Of a stretch of DNA of 64,000 bases, positions 9,232-17,985 are shown piece after piece. Both the position numbers and the translations under genes were made by a program. Each line of letters starts with the position of its first letter. Positions within the stretch are counted from its first letter, which is position 1. The DNA is from Candidatus Dojkabacteria bacterium (GTDB lineage: Bacteria > Patescibacteriota > Dojkabacteria > SC72): contig JBMNHB010000001.1 of assembly GCA_050950145.1 (NCBI GenBank), positions 300,458 through 364,457 on the forward strand. The letters run 5' to 3'. A model generated the notes under the pieces. It saw only the letters and a list, made by a program, of their open reading frames with translations. It was not told the origin of the DNA and did no database searches.

Positions 9232-11382
9232 CTATTGTATTACCTTTATAAATATTCCATTCTGATTTCCGATTTTTAGCTCTTCTCCATATATTTCATT
9301 TTTATCATTCTTTATTGTATATTCAAAAAGACTTTTACTATCTTGCCACTGTCCTATCTGTTTTATCTTATTAAACTCTAGATTTTTTAATATTTCATAT
9401 GATGTATATCCTTTGTTATCAAACAGATAGGAAGGAACTAGATTCCATCCTGACAACTTTGATATATCCAGACTTGCTCCTCTATAGCCAATTAAATTAA
9501 ACTCTGCTCCTTGTAGCGATATAACCATATATGATTTGTTTGAATCTAATTCAAAATCATTGCCATATATTTTTCCATCTTGATACTTTACAACTTGAAT
9601 CCATTCTCCTGATTTGTATTCTCCAACAGCAATAGCTCTTTTATCTGACATATTGATTAAATCGTATGCTGTTTTAGGATGTAGTGTCTGAGTAGTATCT
9701 AATACTTCTACTGGATTAATGAAGCTAACCCCCTTCTTAAGTTGATATTTAGCATTTGTGTTCTTACAATTTGTAATTGGAATATCTTCTCTAAGTACTC
9801 CATTACAATCGGATGGCATTTTTACGGAGAGTTTATTATCTTCAAAACAACATATTTTTTCTGTTTTTATGATTTTTTTATCTACAGTACATGTATATCC
9901 ATGTTCAGCTTCTAATCTAGTTTTGTAATTATTTCCTTCTTTATCGTAGAGACATATACAACCATCATGATCTGCACAATATCTATCTTTATCAGTCACG
10001 ACCATTTCGTCTTTAATACCATCTCCTCCAGAAGGTATTGGTTTATCTGGGTCTGTTGGAGTGGAGTCTGTTGATTCTCCTGAGCATGTTCTATACTTTC
10101 TGTTTTGAGTTTCTTTAGATCTATCACATGAGTTTGCATTAGGTGGAATTCTCCATGGCCATTTGGGTAATTCTTTACCAGTCATCTGATAAAACATCCA
10201 CTCTAAGTATCCAATATACTCAACTCCAGCACCTATTCCATCGTTATCTTCTGTACATACATATCCTTTCCAGTATTTTGTTGCCCATATATGTTCTGGA
10301 CTATATTTTTTCTTAAGTATATCTATTTCTTGGTCTGATTTTTCACCTCTTCTTCTGCAAGCTTCCTCAAACCAATCATCTGCATATGACTCTATAGCAA
10401 CATTTTTAAGAAAATAATTAATTTGTGTAGTAAAATCATTCTTCCATTCTGCTACATGGATTCCAAAGTCTTCAACTACAGGGAATTGTGCATACATGCT
10501 AGCAGCAGATTCGTGCATCCAAACAGTTAATGATATTGCAGGATTAAGTCCAGCGTTTATTGATTTACAATAAGCATCAGCATAACATTCTCTTAAATAG
10601 TCTCCTTTACAATATGAAAAACGTTCTCCTTCTGTAAGTGCTAATGATTGTTCTAAGGTAGGTAGGTATCTAGTATCCTTTATTACAACATTCGTCATAC
10701 AATTAGCTCCTGTAGCTGCATACACATTGTTTTTTAGTGCAGTATTTAATTTTCTCTTTAATTCAAATTTTGGAATATATTGTGCATATTTAATTTCTTT
10801 GTAGGTTTTACCTTTTAAATCTAGTGCCCAGTTTCTGTTTTTGTTAGCAAAAACCATATACTTCTCTCCTTCGGCATCAATTAGAATAAAGTCACCAGGG
10901 TCAGAGCTTCCTGTTTCTATCTGTGGTAGTTTAACTTGTTCATTAATATTTTTAGTTATAAAAGTAAGATTATAATCCCATATGTGTTGTGGAGAATTAA
11001 TTCTAAATGTATATTCTGTATTCGGTTTTAGATTTGATATTGTTGATTTGTATAAGTCTTCTTCATCGGAAATATTTGTGTATATTCTAAAATCATTCTC
11101 ATACTTGTATGGAGCTGTACTTTCTTTTTCTTTGTATGTTAGAACTTCAATATTTTTAGTTTTGGTTTTCCAATATACTTCTGCTTGATTGGTTGAGATA
11201 TTAGCAACTATTATGTCATAGGGTTTTTCTTCTAAAATTTGAAATGTTTTTCTGTTTTGAACTATTAGATAAATATTAGCAATTACTAATAAAAGACCAA
11301 GGAGAAAGAAGTATATAATATTTTTTGATTTTCTAGTTTTTTTCATTTCTCTATGATACCAAATATATATTATCTTGTGCAC
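9232..11382 (-). CDS. Large secreted multidomain protein, tandem paralog of 6585..9194 (variable N-terminal and lysozyme-like domain, near-identical C-terminal domain)
   Basis: N-terminal TM. 'ISLTVWMHESAASMYA...DFGIH' lysozyme/GH73-like signature. C-terminal 240 aa near-identical to 6585..9194 at DNA level. The true start may be the internal Met (MKKTRK...). Confidence 0.6.
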   Translation of the reverse strand: MHKIIYIWYHREMKKTRKSKNIIYFFLLGLLLVIANIYLIVQNRKTFQILEEKPYDIIVANISTNQAEVYWKTKTKNIEVLTYKEKESTAPYKYENDFRIYTNISDEEDLYKSTISNLKPNTEYTFRINSPQHIWDYNLTFITKNINEQVKLPQIETGSSDPGDFILIDAEGEKYMVFANKNRNWALDLKGKTYKEIKYAQYIPKFELKRKLNTALKNNVYAATGANCMTNVVIKDTRYLPTLEQSLALTEGERFSYCKGDYLRECYADAYCKSINAGLNPAISLTVWMHESAASMYAQFPVVEDFGIHVAEWKNDFTTQINYFLKNVAIESYADDWFEEACRRRGEKSDQEIDILKKKYSPEHIWATKYWKGYVCTEDNDGIGAGVEYIGYLEWMFYQMTGKELPKWPWRIPPNANSCDRSKETQNRKYRTCSGESTDSTPTDPDKPIPSGGDGIKDEMVVTDKDRYCADHDGCICLYDKEGNNYKTRLEAEHGYTCTVDKKIIKTEKICCFEDNKLSVKMPSDCNGVLREDIPITNCKNTNAKYQLKKGVSFINPVEVLDTTQTLHPKTAYDLINMSDKRAIAVGEYKSGEWIQVVKYQDGKIYGNDFELDSNKSYMVISLQGAEFNLIGYRGASLDISKLSGWNLVPSYLFDNKGYTSYEILKNLEFNKIKQIGQWQDSKSLFEYTIKNDKNEIYGEELKIGNQNGIFIKVIQ
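9249..9963. repeat. Copy 2 of the ~716-bp near-identical direct repeat
   Basis: See 6601..7316. Offset between copies ~2648 bp. Confidence 0.85.
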
Positions 11383-11467
11383 ATTCTTTTTAGGGTGATT
11401 ATAGTAGCTAAGCTGGGAATGGAAAAAACCATACCACCTACTTACAAATTCTAATGAAAAAGGAAGA

Positions 11468-11542
11468 TGGCTCCGCGACCAGGACTCGAACCTGGAACCA
11501 AACGGTTAACAGCCGTTCGCTCTACCATTGAGCTATCGCGGA
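11468..11542 (-). tRNA. tRNA-Asn (anticodon GTT), CCA encoded
   Basis: Reverse complement TCCGCGATAGCTCAATGGTAGAGCGAACGGCTGTTAACCGTTTGGTTCCAGGTTCGAGTCCTGGTCGCGGAGCCA folds as a cloverleaf. Anticodon loop is CTGTTAA. Confidence 0.85.
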
Positions 11543-12042
11543 TTAACAAGTCTATTATATCCCCTTAACCACTCTAACTGCAATAGCTCTTCTTCTTTAA
11601 CTTCAAATATCTCTTTTAAAAGCTCTTTCCCATCTTTTGTTCTAGTAGGTAGTGTCAATATTTTACACTTTTTCCCATCTATCTCAATATCCTTTTGTAC
11701 AATAATATCCTTAATATCTTCCCTTTTTCTCTTTTCTTCTTTTAATAATTCTCCATATATAAAGAGAGTTTCATAATCATTTAAATCTAAATCCCATACG
11801 TTTACTTCTTTACTGATAATCCTTGCAACTATGTTATCTACAATAAAAAATCTTTGTGTTGGTTTTTTATAATCATAAGATTTTTCTAGATATATGGAAG
11901 CTTCATATTCAGAAGGACAATCTATTTTTTCAAAAAAATCACCATACTCTCTCATAACAAAGATGGAATCATCCTCTATATAATCTCTACAAGCATTGCA
12001 ATAGGGATATTCATCATAATCTTCATAATCTATTTTACTCAT
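11533..12042 (-). CDS. Hypothetical protein (acidic, CxxC-containing)
   Basis: 169-aa ORF with protein-like composition. Its TAG stop lies within the first bases of tRNA-Asn on the same strand. Confidence 0.4.
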   Translation of the reverse strand: MSKIDYEDYDEYPYCNACRDYIEDDSIFVMREYGDFFEKIDCPSEYEASIYLEKSYDYKKPTQRFFIVDNIVARIISKEVNVWDLDLNDYETLFIYGELLKEEKRKREDIKDIIVQKDIEIDGKKCKILTLPTRTKDGKELLKEIFEVKEEELLQLEWLRGYNRLVNPR

Positions 12043-12101
12043 TGGACACAGTATTAAACTTAACTATATAATGTAACACATCTAATTTAAGTAGTACAAT
12101 A

Positions 12102-12671
12102 ATGAAAAGAGAAGATGTTAGATTTACCTTTCTAGGTATGGATTCTAGTAATGCTTTAAAAGAATATGCATTAGATAAGATATCAAAAAGAGCAGATTTA
12201 TTAGATAAAGCTATATCCATGGAAGTCGCTTTTAAAGAACATAAAGCAAGTAGGGGAGTAAAGAATGACTTTAGGGTAGATATTTCCGTAGATTTACCAG
12301 AAACGCCAATTAGAATAACAGAGAGAGGAGAAGAGATGTATGCAAATATTGATAGAGCTGTAGATGTTCTTGTAAGGAGATTAAATAGGTATGTAGATAT
12401 GAAAGATCATTGGGGTGGTACTAAAGCATGGGAAGTAATGGATATTGATACAGATACAGAGGTAGAAGAAGATCAATATTCAAACTATGTTCCTAAAATA
12501 GCTAAGAGAAAAAAGATAGAAGATATGTCTCCACTTGAGGAAGGTGAAGCTATTGAGAGAATGGAGATGTTAGGATATGATTCATTCCTTTTCAGAAGTA
12601 AGGCAACAGATAAAATATCATTGGTGTATAAAAGAAAAGATGGTTCATACGGAATAGTAGAACCATCTTAA
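12102..12671 (+). CDS. hpf: Ribosome hibernation promoting factor (long HPF/RaiA)
   Basis: N-terminal S30AE pattern ('RFTFLGMDSSNALKEYALDKISK'). C-terminal dimerisation domain 'YDSFLFRSKATDKISLVYKRKDGSYGIVEP'. Confidence 0.85.
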   Translation: MKREDVRFTFLGMDSSNALKEYALDKISKRADLLDKAISMEVAFKEHKASRGVKNDFRVDISVDLPETPIRITERGEEMYANIDRAVDVLVRRLNRYVDMKDHWGGTKAWEVMDIDTDTEVEEDQYSNYVPKIAKRKKIEDMSPLEEGEAIERMEMLGYDSFLFRSKATDKISLVYKRKDGSYGIVEPS

Positions 12672-12691
12672 CCTTAGAATCTTTTTAATAA

Positions 12692-13489
12692 CTATTTCTT
12701 AAAAAGAGTTCCTAATATTTTCAAGAAACCATATTTTGGTTTTGCAGTACTATTGTTTTGAATTTTATACTCTGTCCTCTTTTCTGCTAACCAATCAGCT
12801 TGGATTGATTGAACTTGACTGATTAGGTATTGTTCTTTGGTTTCTTCTTTATGCTTCTCGTAATCTAACTGTTCTCCTTCTTCTAATGCCTCTGTTTCTG
12901 TTGGGAAGATGATACTACTGTATTGATTGAAGAACTCTTTTAAATCATCATCTGTATATTTAACCTCTGGTCCTATAACTTTAGTATACAGAGATTGAGT
13001 TTTCAATTGTTCTCTTAATTCTTTCTCAGTAACATTACTTGCCTTAAGAGCTGCCTGATATGCTTCTTCACCACCAATTCTTTTAATTACAGTATCAAGC
13101 TTATCCTGAATCTCTTCCTCTGTTACTTTAACTTCCATCTTCTTAGCTTCTTTTTCAATGATAGAGTCATTAATCAAGGTATCAGCAATAGATGCTCCAT
13201 ATGCATTTTCTAAAGTTTCGTGCCATTTTGCTTTTGAGATTCTCTGTCCATTAACAACAGCTACACTATAATCGTTGTTAAGATACTGTACTCCTAAATC
13301 TAAGAGTGTTACTACTCCAATTATTGCAACAACAATTCCTAATATTTTAAAAATCTGTTTATAAATAGGAGAAGATAGTTTAGGCTTTTTAATAGTAACT
13401 TTCTTTGTTACCTTCTTTGCAGGAGCCTTTTTCCCTGTTGTTTTCTTTGGGGTAGTTTTTGTTTTGACAATTTTTTTAGTCCTTGCCAT
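12692..13489 (-). CDS. Membrane-anchored SurA-N-like chaperone domain protein (no PPIase domain evident)
   Basis: Lys-rich N-tail, one TM helix, then SurA_N-like segment ('VAVVNGQRISKAKWHETLE...'). Confidence 0.45.
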   Translation of the reverse strand: MARTKKIVKTKTTPKKTTGKKAPAKKVTKKVTIKKPKLSSPIYKQIFKILGIVVAIIGVVTLLDLGVQYLNNDYSVAVVNGQRISKAKWHETLENAYGASIADTLINDSIIEKEAKKMEVKVTEEEIQDKLDTVIKRIGGEEAYQAALKASNVTEKELREQLKTQSLYTKVIGPEVKYTDDDLKEFFNQYSSIIFPTETEALEEGEQLDYEKHKEETKEQYLISQVQSIQADWLAEKRTEYKIQNNSTAKPKYGFLKILGTLFKK

Positions 13490-13568
13490 GTAAATATGAT
13501 AAAAATAATTTAGATTATATTATCTTGTAGTTTAACAGAATATTGGGAAATTGGGAAGGGGAGTTATT

Positions 13569-14927
13569 TTATAATGCTTGCAGGTGGACATAAAGTGTTT
13601 TATTCCCATCATCATGTTGTAGGTAGGCCCATGTAGCTCCATATTGATCTACATAGTAATTTACAACACCACTAGTAGATGCATATACTCTAGCTCCTTC
13701 ACCATTAAGATATGCAACATTCCAGTTAGATAACCCCATATTTTTTCTAGTGTTTAATATATTATCAACTATTGGACATAGACCGTAGGGGACAATATAT
13801 GTGTCCCATGATTGGTTACCCTGTGCTTTACTTACCATATCTATAGCATTATGCCCTCCCCAAAAATCATTTGTAACTAGGCCACTAACAAGTGGAGCAG
13901 TGTACAATCCACTTGTTACATATTGTCCATAACCTGTCCCTCCTAAATAACCACCTGATGAGGGTTCCAAAATGACATTGCGAGAATTTCTTAATTGGTA
14001 GTGTAAGTGAGAACCAAAGGAACATCCTGTATGTCCTTGTAAACCTATAACTTCTCCTTTTGCTACTCTTCTACCATTCTTAAAATATCCTTGTTCTGCA
14101 AGTCTAATAATTAAATCAGCAGTTGCCTTCTCAGATTCGCTTAATGCTGTAGAAATCTGTTTTAACTCTGCAAGATATGTAGCTTCTCTTCTTTTTGATT
14201 GTGCTAATAGGTTAGCTTGTTCATTTTTTTGTCCATCTAATTCAGCTTTTACTTCTTCTAGTTTCTTTCTCTCTTCTTCAATTTCGCTCTTTTTTACTTC
14301 CATCTCTTTTTTATCATCTAGAAGTTTTGCCTCTTCTACTTCTAATTCTACAATTGAACTAGAATATCTCTCCAGAGCCTTTAAATCCTTACTTCTAGTT
14401 GTAGTTAAATATTTACTTCTTCTTAAAATGGAAGAGATATTTTTGATATCTAGAAATATTTCAAATTGATTAATAAAAGAAAACTTGTATGATTCTGTAA
14501 TCCTGTTATTTACTGTAACACCAAGGACATTTACCTCTTGTTTTAAGAGAGAAATGTTATCCTCTTTCTTTTCAATCTCTTTCTTTAAAATCTGTATCTC
14601 AATGTCCTGTTTTGCTATCTCTATCTGAAGTTCTTTAATCAAAGTTTCATTCTGAGCAATTTGTCTCTGTATATATTTTATTTTCTCATTTAAAGAGAGT
14701 TGTTGATACTCCTCGTTTTTTAATTTCTTTGTTAAATTTTGTTCTTGTTTATGCAGATCATCCTCTTGCTTTTTGTAGTATTCGTAACATTCTAGAAGGG
14801 TCATACCAGCAGGACACTGTGCTTCAGCTGAAACTTTCTTACTGTTGTATGAAACCAAAAGAAAGACAGATAGTAAAGTGGTTATTGTTATTGAAATTAT
14901 CAAACCTATTCTTTTCATACTATCCAT
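13569..14927 (-). CDS. EnvC-like coiled-coil M23 peptidase family murein hydrolase activator
   Basis: Long coiled-coil N-half. M23 motif 'GHTGCSFGSHLHYQL'. Sits immediately downstream of ftsE-ftsX as in ftsEX-envC operons. Confidence 0.75.
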   Translation of the reverse strand: MDSMKRIGLIISITITTLLSVFLLVSYNSKKVSAEAQCPAGMTLLECYEYYKKQEDDLHKQEQNLTKKLKNEEYQQLSLNEKIKYIQRQIAQNETLIKELQIEIAKQDIEIQILKKEIEKKEDNISLLKQEVNVLGVTVNNRITESYKFSFINQFEIFLDIKNISSILRRSKYLTTTRSKDLKALERYSSSIVELEVEEAKLLDDKKEMEVKKSEIEEERKKLEEVKAELDGQKNEQANLLAQSKRREATYLAELKQISTALSESEKATADLIIRLAEQGYFKNGRRVAKGEVIGLQGHTGCSFGSHLHYQLRNSRNVILEPSSGGYLGGTGYGQYVTSGLYTAPLVSGLVTNDFWGGHNAIDMVSKAQGNQSWDTYIVPYGLCPIVDNILNTRKNMGLSNWNVAYLNGEGARVYASTSGVVNYYVDQYGATWAYLQHDDGNKTLYVHLQAL

Positions 14928-14932
14928 TTATT

Positions 14933-15859
14933 CTAATCTAAATATTTCTTAACTGCACTAAGACTACTTATTACACCTATTAATACTCCTGTAAAGACAT
15001 GTATTAAATAATAACTGATTAAGAAGAGAATATTAACAGGTCTTAAACATGTTAAACCTAAATCTTTAAGTATTTGATTAAATGAAAATGAAAAATCAGG
15101 ATTACTCATTAGGGATGATATTACTATGTAAAAAGGTATGATTATCAGTGTAGCAGCTAATACGCCACCAAGTGCTCCATAGTACAATCCTTCGAAAATG
15201 TAAGGAATTTTTATGTACTTATCAGGACTACCAACAACATTCATAATCTTTATCTCTTCCTTATGAGAATTAATATTGAATCCGATTGTTATTCTAATCA
15301 ACGAGAAAGCGATAACTCCGAGTGCAGAAATTAAGATAACCGAAACTACCTTTATAGTATTGGATAGAGACTCTAATGTTTTAACAACATCTGGGAAGTA
15401 GAAAATATCATCTATGGAAGAATTAATCTCTTTTTCTCTCTCAATCTCTTTGATAAGGTTAAGGAGATCTTCAACACTCTTTGCTCTAATTTCTAAACTT
15501 GGGGGAAGAGAATCAGCTGTTACTGTTGCTATTAAATCAGGATTATCAGAATAATAATCTTTGTAAATTGCTAAAGCTTTCTCTTGATTAACATACTCTA
15601 TATTCTCTATTGTATTAGGATCATCCAAACTCTCTTTAAGTGTCAGAATATCTGCTTCTTTTGTATCTTTTTTAAAGAAAATAATTACTTCTGCTTTCTT
15701 CTCGTAATATTTAATAGCTTTTTGTGAAATAATACCAATACTTATAAAGAAGGAAGATATTAGTAATACTATTGTTGAAACTAGAATAGTTGAAAGAGAT
15801 AGAAATCTATTTCTCTTCATATTCTTTTTTGTTGTTTCTACTAATTTACTTTTTTCCAT
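14933..15859 (-). CDS. ftsX: Cell division permease FtsX
   Basis: Four-TM topology with periplasmic loop. Position after ftsE. Family-typical length. Confidence 0.8.
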   Translation of the reverse strand: MEKSKLVETTKKNMKRNRFLSLSTILVSTIVLLISSFFISIGIISQKAIKYYEKKAEVIIFFKKDTKEADILTLKESLDDPNTIENIEYVNQEKALAIYKDYYSDNPDLIATVTADSLPPSLEIRAKSVEDLLNLIKEIEREKEINSSIDDIFYFPDVVKTLESLSNTIKVVSVILISALGVIAFSLIRITIGFNINSHKEEIKIMNVVGSPDKYIKIPYIFEGLYYGALGGVLAATLIIIPFYIVISSLMSNPDFSFSFNQILKDLGLTCLRPVNILFLISYYLIHVFTGVLIGVISSLSAVKKYLD

Positions 15860-16847
15860 TTTTTTTACTTTCTTTATTATTTAAATACTCTTTTAAGAAG
15901 CTTTCAAGTTTTTCTCTCTCCTTATCAGTTATTTTTAAGTTATCTAAGTCATCATCTGTTAAATTAAGGATAAGGTCAACTGAGTTAATTTTTGCATTAA
16001 GGAATTTTTCTAATATCTTCTTATCTAACTCTTCTAACTCTTTATCATATATTGGCTTCTCTTCTAATTCTTCGTCTAACTCATCTCCTATTTTAATATT
16101 ACTATCAATAGTAGTAGTTTCTTTCTTTGGTTTCTTTATAGTATCATAGTCCCCTTCGTCGCTATCAGAGATGACTTTCCCTTTTTCCATTCTAATAACT
16201 CTCTTTTTCATTTTGTTTACTAATTCTCTATCATGACTAATGACTAATACTGTTGTTCCGCCTCTATTAATACTGTTTAGAATATCTAAAACTTGGAATG
16301 AAGTCTCAGGATCCAGATTCCCTGTTGGTTCATCTGCAACAAGTAAATCAGGATTATTTGCTAGTGCTCTTGCTATAGCACCTCTTTGTTGCTCTCCTCC
16401 TGATAGTTGTACTGGGAAAAGATCTTTTCTGTCTTGTAATTTAACTAATTCTAGTAAATATTCAGTTGTTTCTTTAATCTCTTTCTCTGTTTTACCTAAA
16501 ATTTCTAGTGCAAACTGAATATTTTCTTCTAATGTTTTACTCTCTAGTAATCGTAAGTCTTGAAAAACCATTCCTAATCTCTGTCTATACTTAGGTAAAA
16601 GCTTGGTTGGAAGTTTAGGTACTTCAATTTCATCAAAAATAATGTTTCCAGAGGTAGGAAGTTCTTCTCTTATCAACAATCTCATTAGTGTAGTTTTACC
16701 TGCTCCTGATGGACCCACAAGAAATGAAAACTCTCCTTTGTCTATTGAAAAGGAAACATCTTCCAGTGCAACGATATTTTCATTATATTTTTTGGTTACT
16801 TTATCGAATATTAACATGGCAGTTCTATCAATCATATATCTTACCAT
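15846..16847 (-). CDS. ftsE: Cell division ATP-binding protein FtsE with ~110-aa charged C-terminal extension
   Basis: Walker A 'GPSGAGKTT', ABC signature 'LSGGEQQR', Walker B 'LLVADEPTGNLD'. Unusual D/E/K-rich C-terminal tail. Confidence 0.9.
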   Translation of the reverse strand: MVRYMIDRTAMLIFDKVTKKYNENIVALEDVSFSIDKGEFSFLVGPSGAGKTTLMRLLIREELPTSGNIIFDEIEVPKLPTKLLPKYRQRLGMVFQDLRLLESKTLEENIQFALEILGKTEKEIKETTEYLLELVKLQDRKDLFPVQLSGGEQQRGAIARALANNPDLLVADEPTGNLDPETSFQVLDILNSINRGGTTVLVISHDRELVNKMKKRVIRMEKGKVISDSDEGDYDTIKKPKKETTTIDSNIKIGDELDEELEEKPIYDKELEELDKKILEKFLNAKINSVDLILNLTDDDLDNLKITDKEREKLESFLKEYLNNKESKKNGKK

Positions 16848-16852
16848 ATATA

Positions 16853-17938
16853 TTAACTCATTCTGATTTCAGCTTCAATGAAATCGTCTAAGTTCCCATC
16901 CAATACGCTCTCAGGATTACTAGATTCTACATTTGTTCTTAAATCTTTTACCATTTTGTAAGGATGGAGTACATAGTTTCTAATCTGGTTTCCCCATCCA
17001 GCAATTTTGTAATCACCTTTAATATCTGCAATCTCCTTTACTTTCTCTTCTTCTTTAATTCTCCATAGTTTTCCTTTAAGAATATTCATAGCATTCTCTC
17101 TGTTTTGTGCTTGATTTCTCTGTGCTGAACTACTTACAGTTATTCCTGTTGGAATATGTGTAATCTGTACAGCAGATGATGTTTTATTTACATTCTGTCC
17201 ACCAGGTCCCCCTGCTTTTACAGCTTTAAACTCAATATCCTTATCTGGTATCTCTAGTTTTTCTTCGTCTTTGGAGAATAGGGGGATAACTTCAACTCCT
17301 GCAAATGTCGTTTGTCGCAAACCTTGTGCATTGTATGGTGATATTCTAACTAACCTATGAGCACCGTGTTCTTTTTTAAGCATTCCAAATGAAAGAGGAG
17401 AATATATCTCAATGGTAACTGTTGAGATACCTGTTTCACTTCCTTTAATGTTTTCTGTTATTGAATATTTCCATCCCTTCTTATCAAAATACATAGTGTA
17501 CATTCTAAAAAGCATAGAAGCCCAATCATTTGCTTCTGTCCCACCTTGTCCTGCATGAATACTTATTACAGCAGGATATGAATCATATTCACCAGAAAGA
17601 AATCTTTGTAATGAGAACTCATCAAGTTCTTTTCTTAATTTCTGATACTCTTCAATTAATTCATTCTGCTCAGTCTCTTTCTCTATTGAATTAAAAAGTT
17701 CAACTAAAGAAGATATATCTTTGTTAAGCCTCTGAGCTGTTTGTGTGACATCCTTCAAATGTGAAATTCTATTCATTACTTTTTTAGCATGTTCTGGATT
17801 ATTCCAAAAATTCTCTTCAATACTTTCTTTCTCTAAAGAAAAAAGGTCTGCTTCTAGCATTTTTAAATCCAAAGCCTTGACGGTTTCTTTACAATCTTTC
17901 TCTAAATCTTCTATGTCTCTTTTACTTAAATCTTCCAT
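16853..17938 (-). CDS. prfB: Peptide chain release factor 2 (no frameshift evident)
   Basis: 'GGQNVNKTSSAV' GGQ motif and RF2-type 'RISPYN' (SPF-like) motif. Contiguous 361-aa ORF. Confidence 0.85.
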   Translation of the reverse strand: MEDLSKRDIEDLEKDCKETVKALDLKMLEADLFSLEKESIEENFWNNPEHAKKVMNRISHLKDVTQTAQRLNKDISSLVELFNSIEKETEQNELIEEYQKLRKELDEFSLQRFLSGEYDSYPAVISIHAGQGGTEANDWASMLFRMYTMYFDKKGWKYSITENIKGSETGISTVTIEIYSPLSFGMLKKEHGAHRLVRISPYNAQGLRQTTFAGVEVIPLFSKDEEKLEIPDKDIEFKAVKAGGPGGQNVNKTSSAVQITHIPTGITVSSSAQRNQAQNRENAMNILKGKLWRIKEEEKVKEIADIKGDYKIAGWGNQIRNYVLHPYKMVKDLRTNVESSNPESVLDGNLDDFIEAEIRMS

Positions 17939-17985
17939 TCGTGTATATTATATTGAACTCTTAATCATTTATCTAGAGAATTTGT

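Noticed and set aside
16853-17938. Possible programmed +1 frameshift in prfB
   Set aside because: RF2 is encoded as one continuous 361-aa ORF. No in-frame UGA near codon 25-30 and no CUU UGA C motif seen. Frameshift regulation appears absent.
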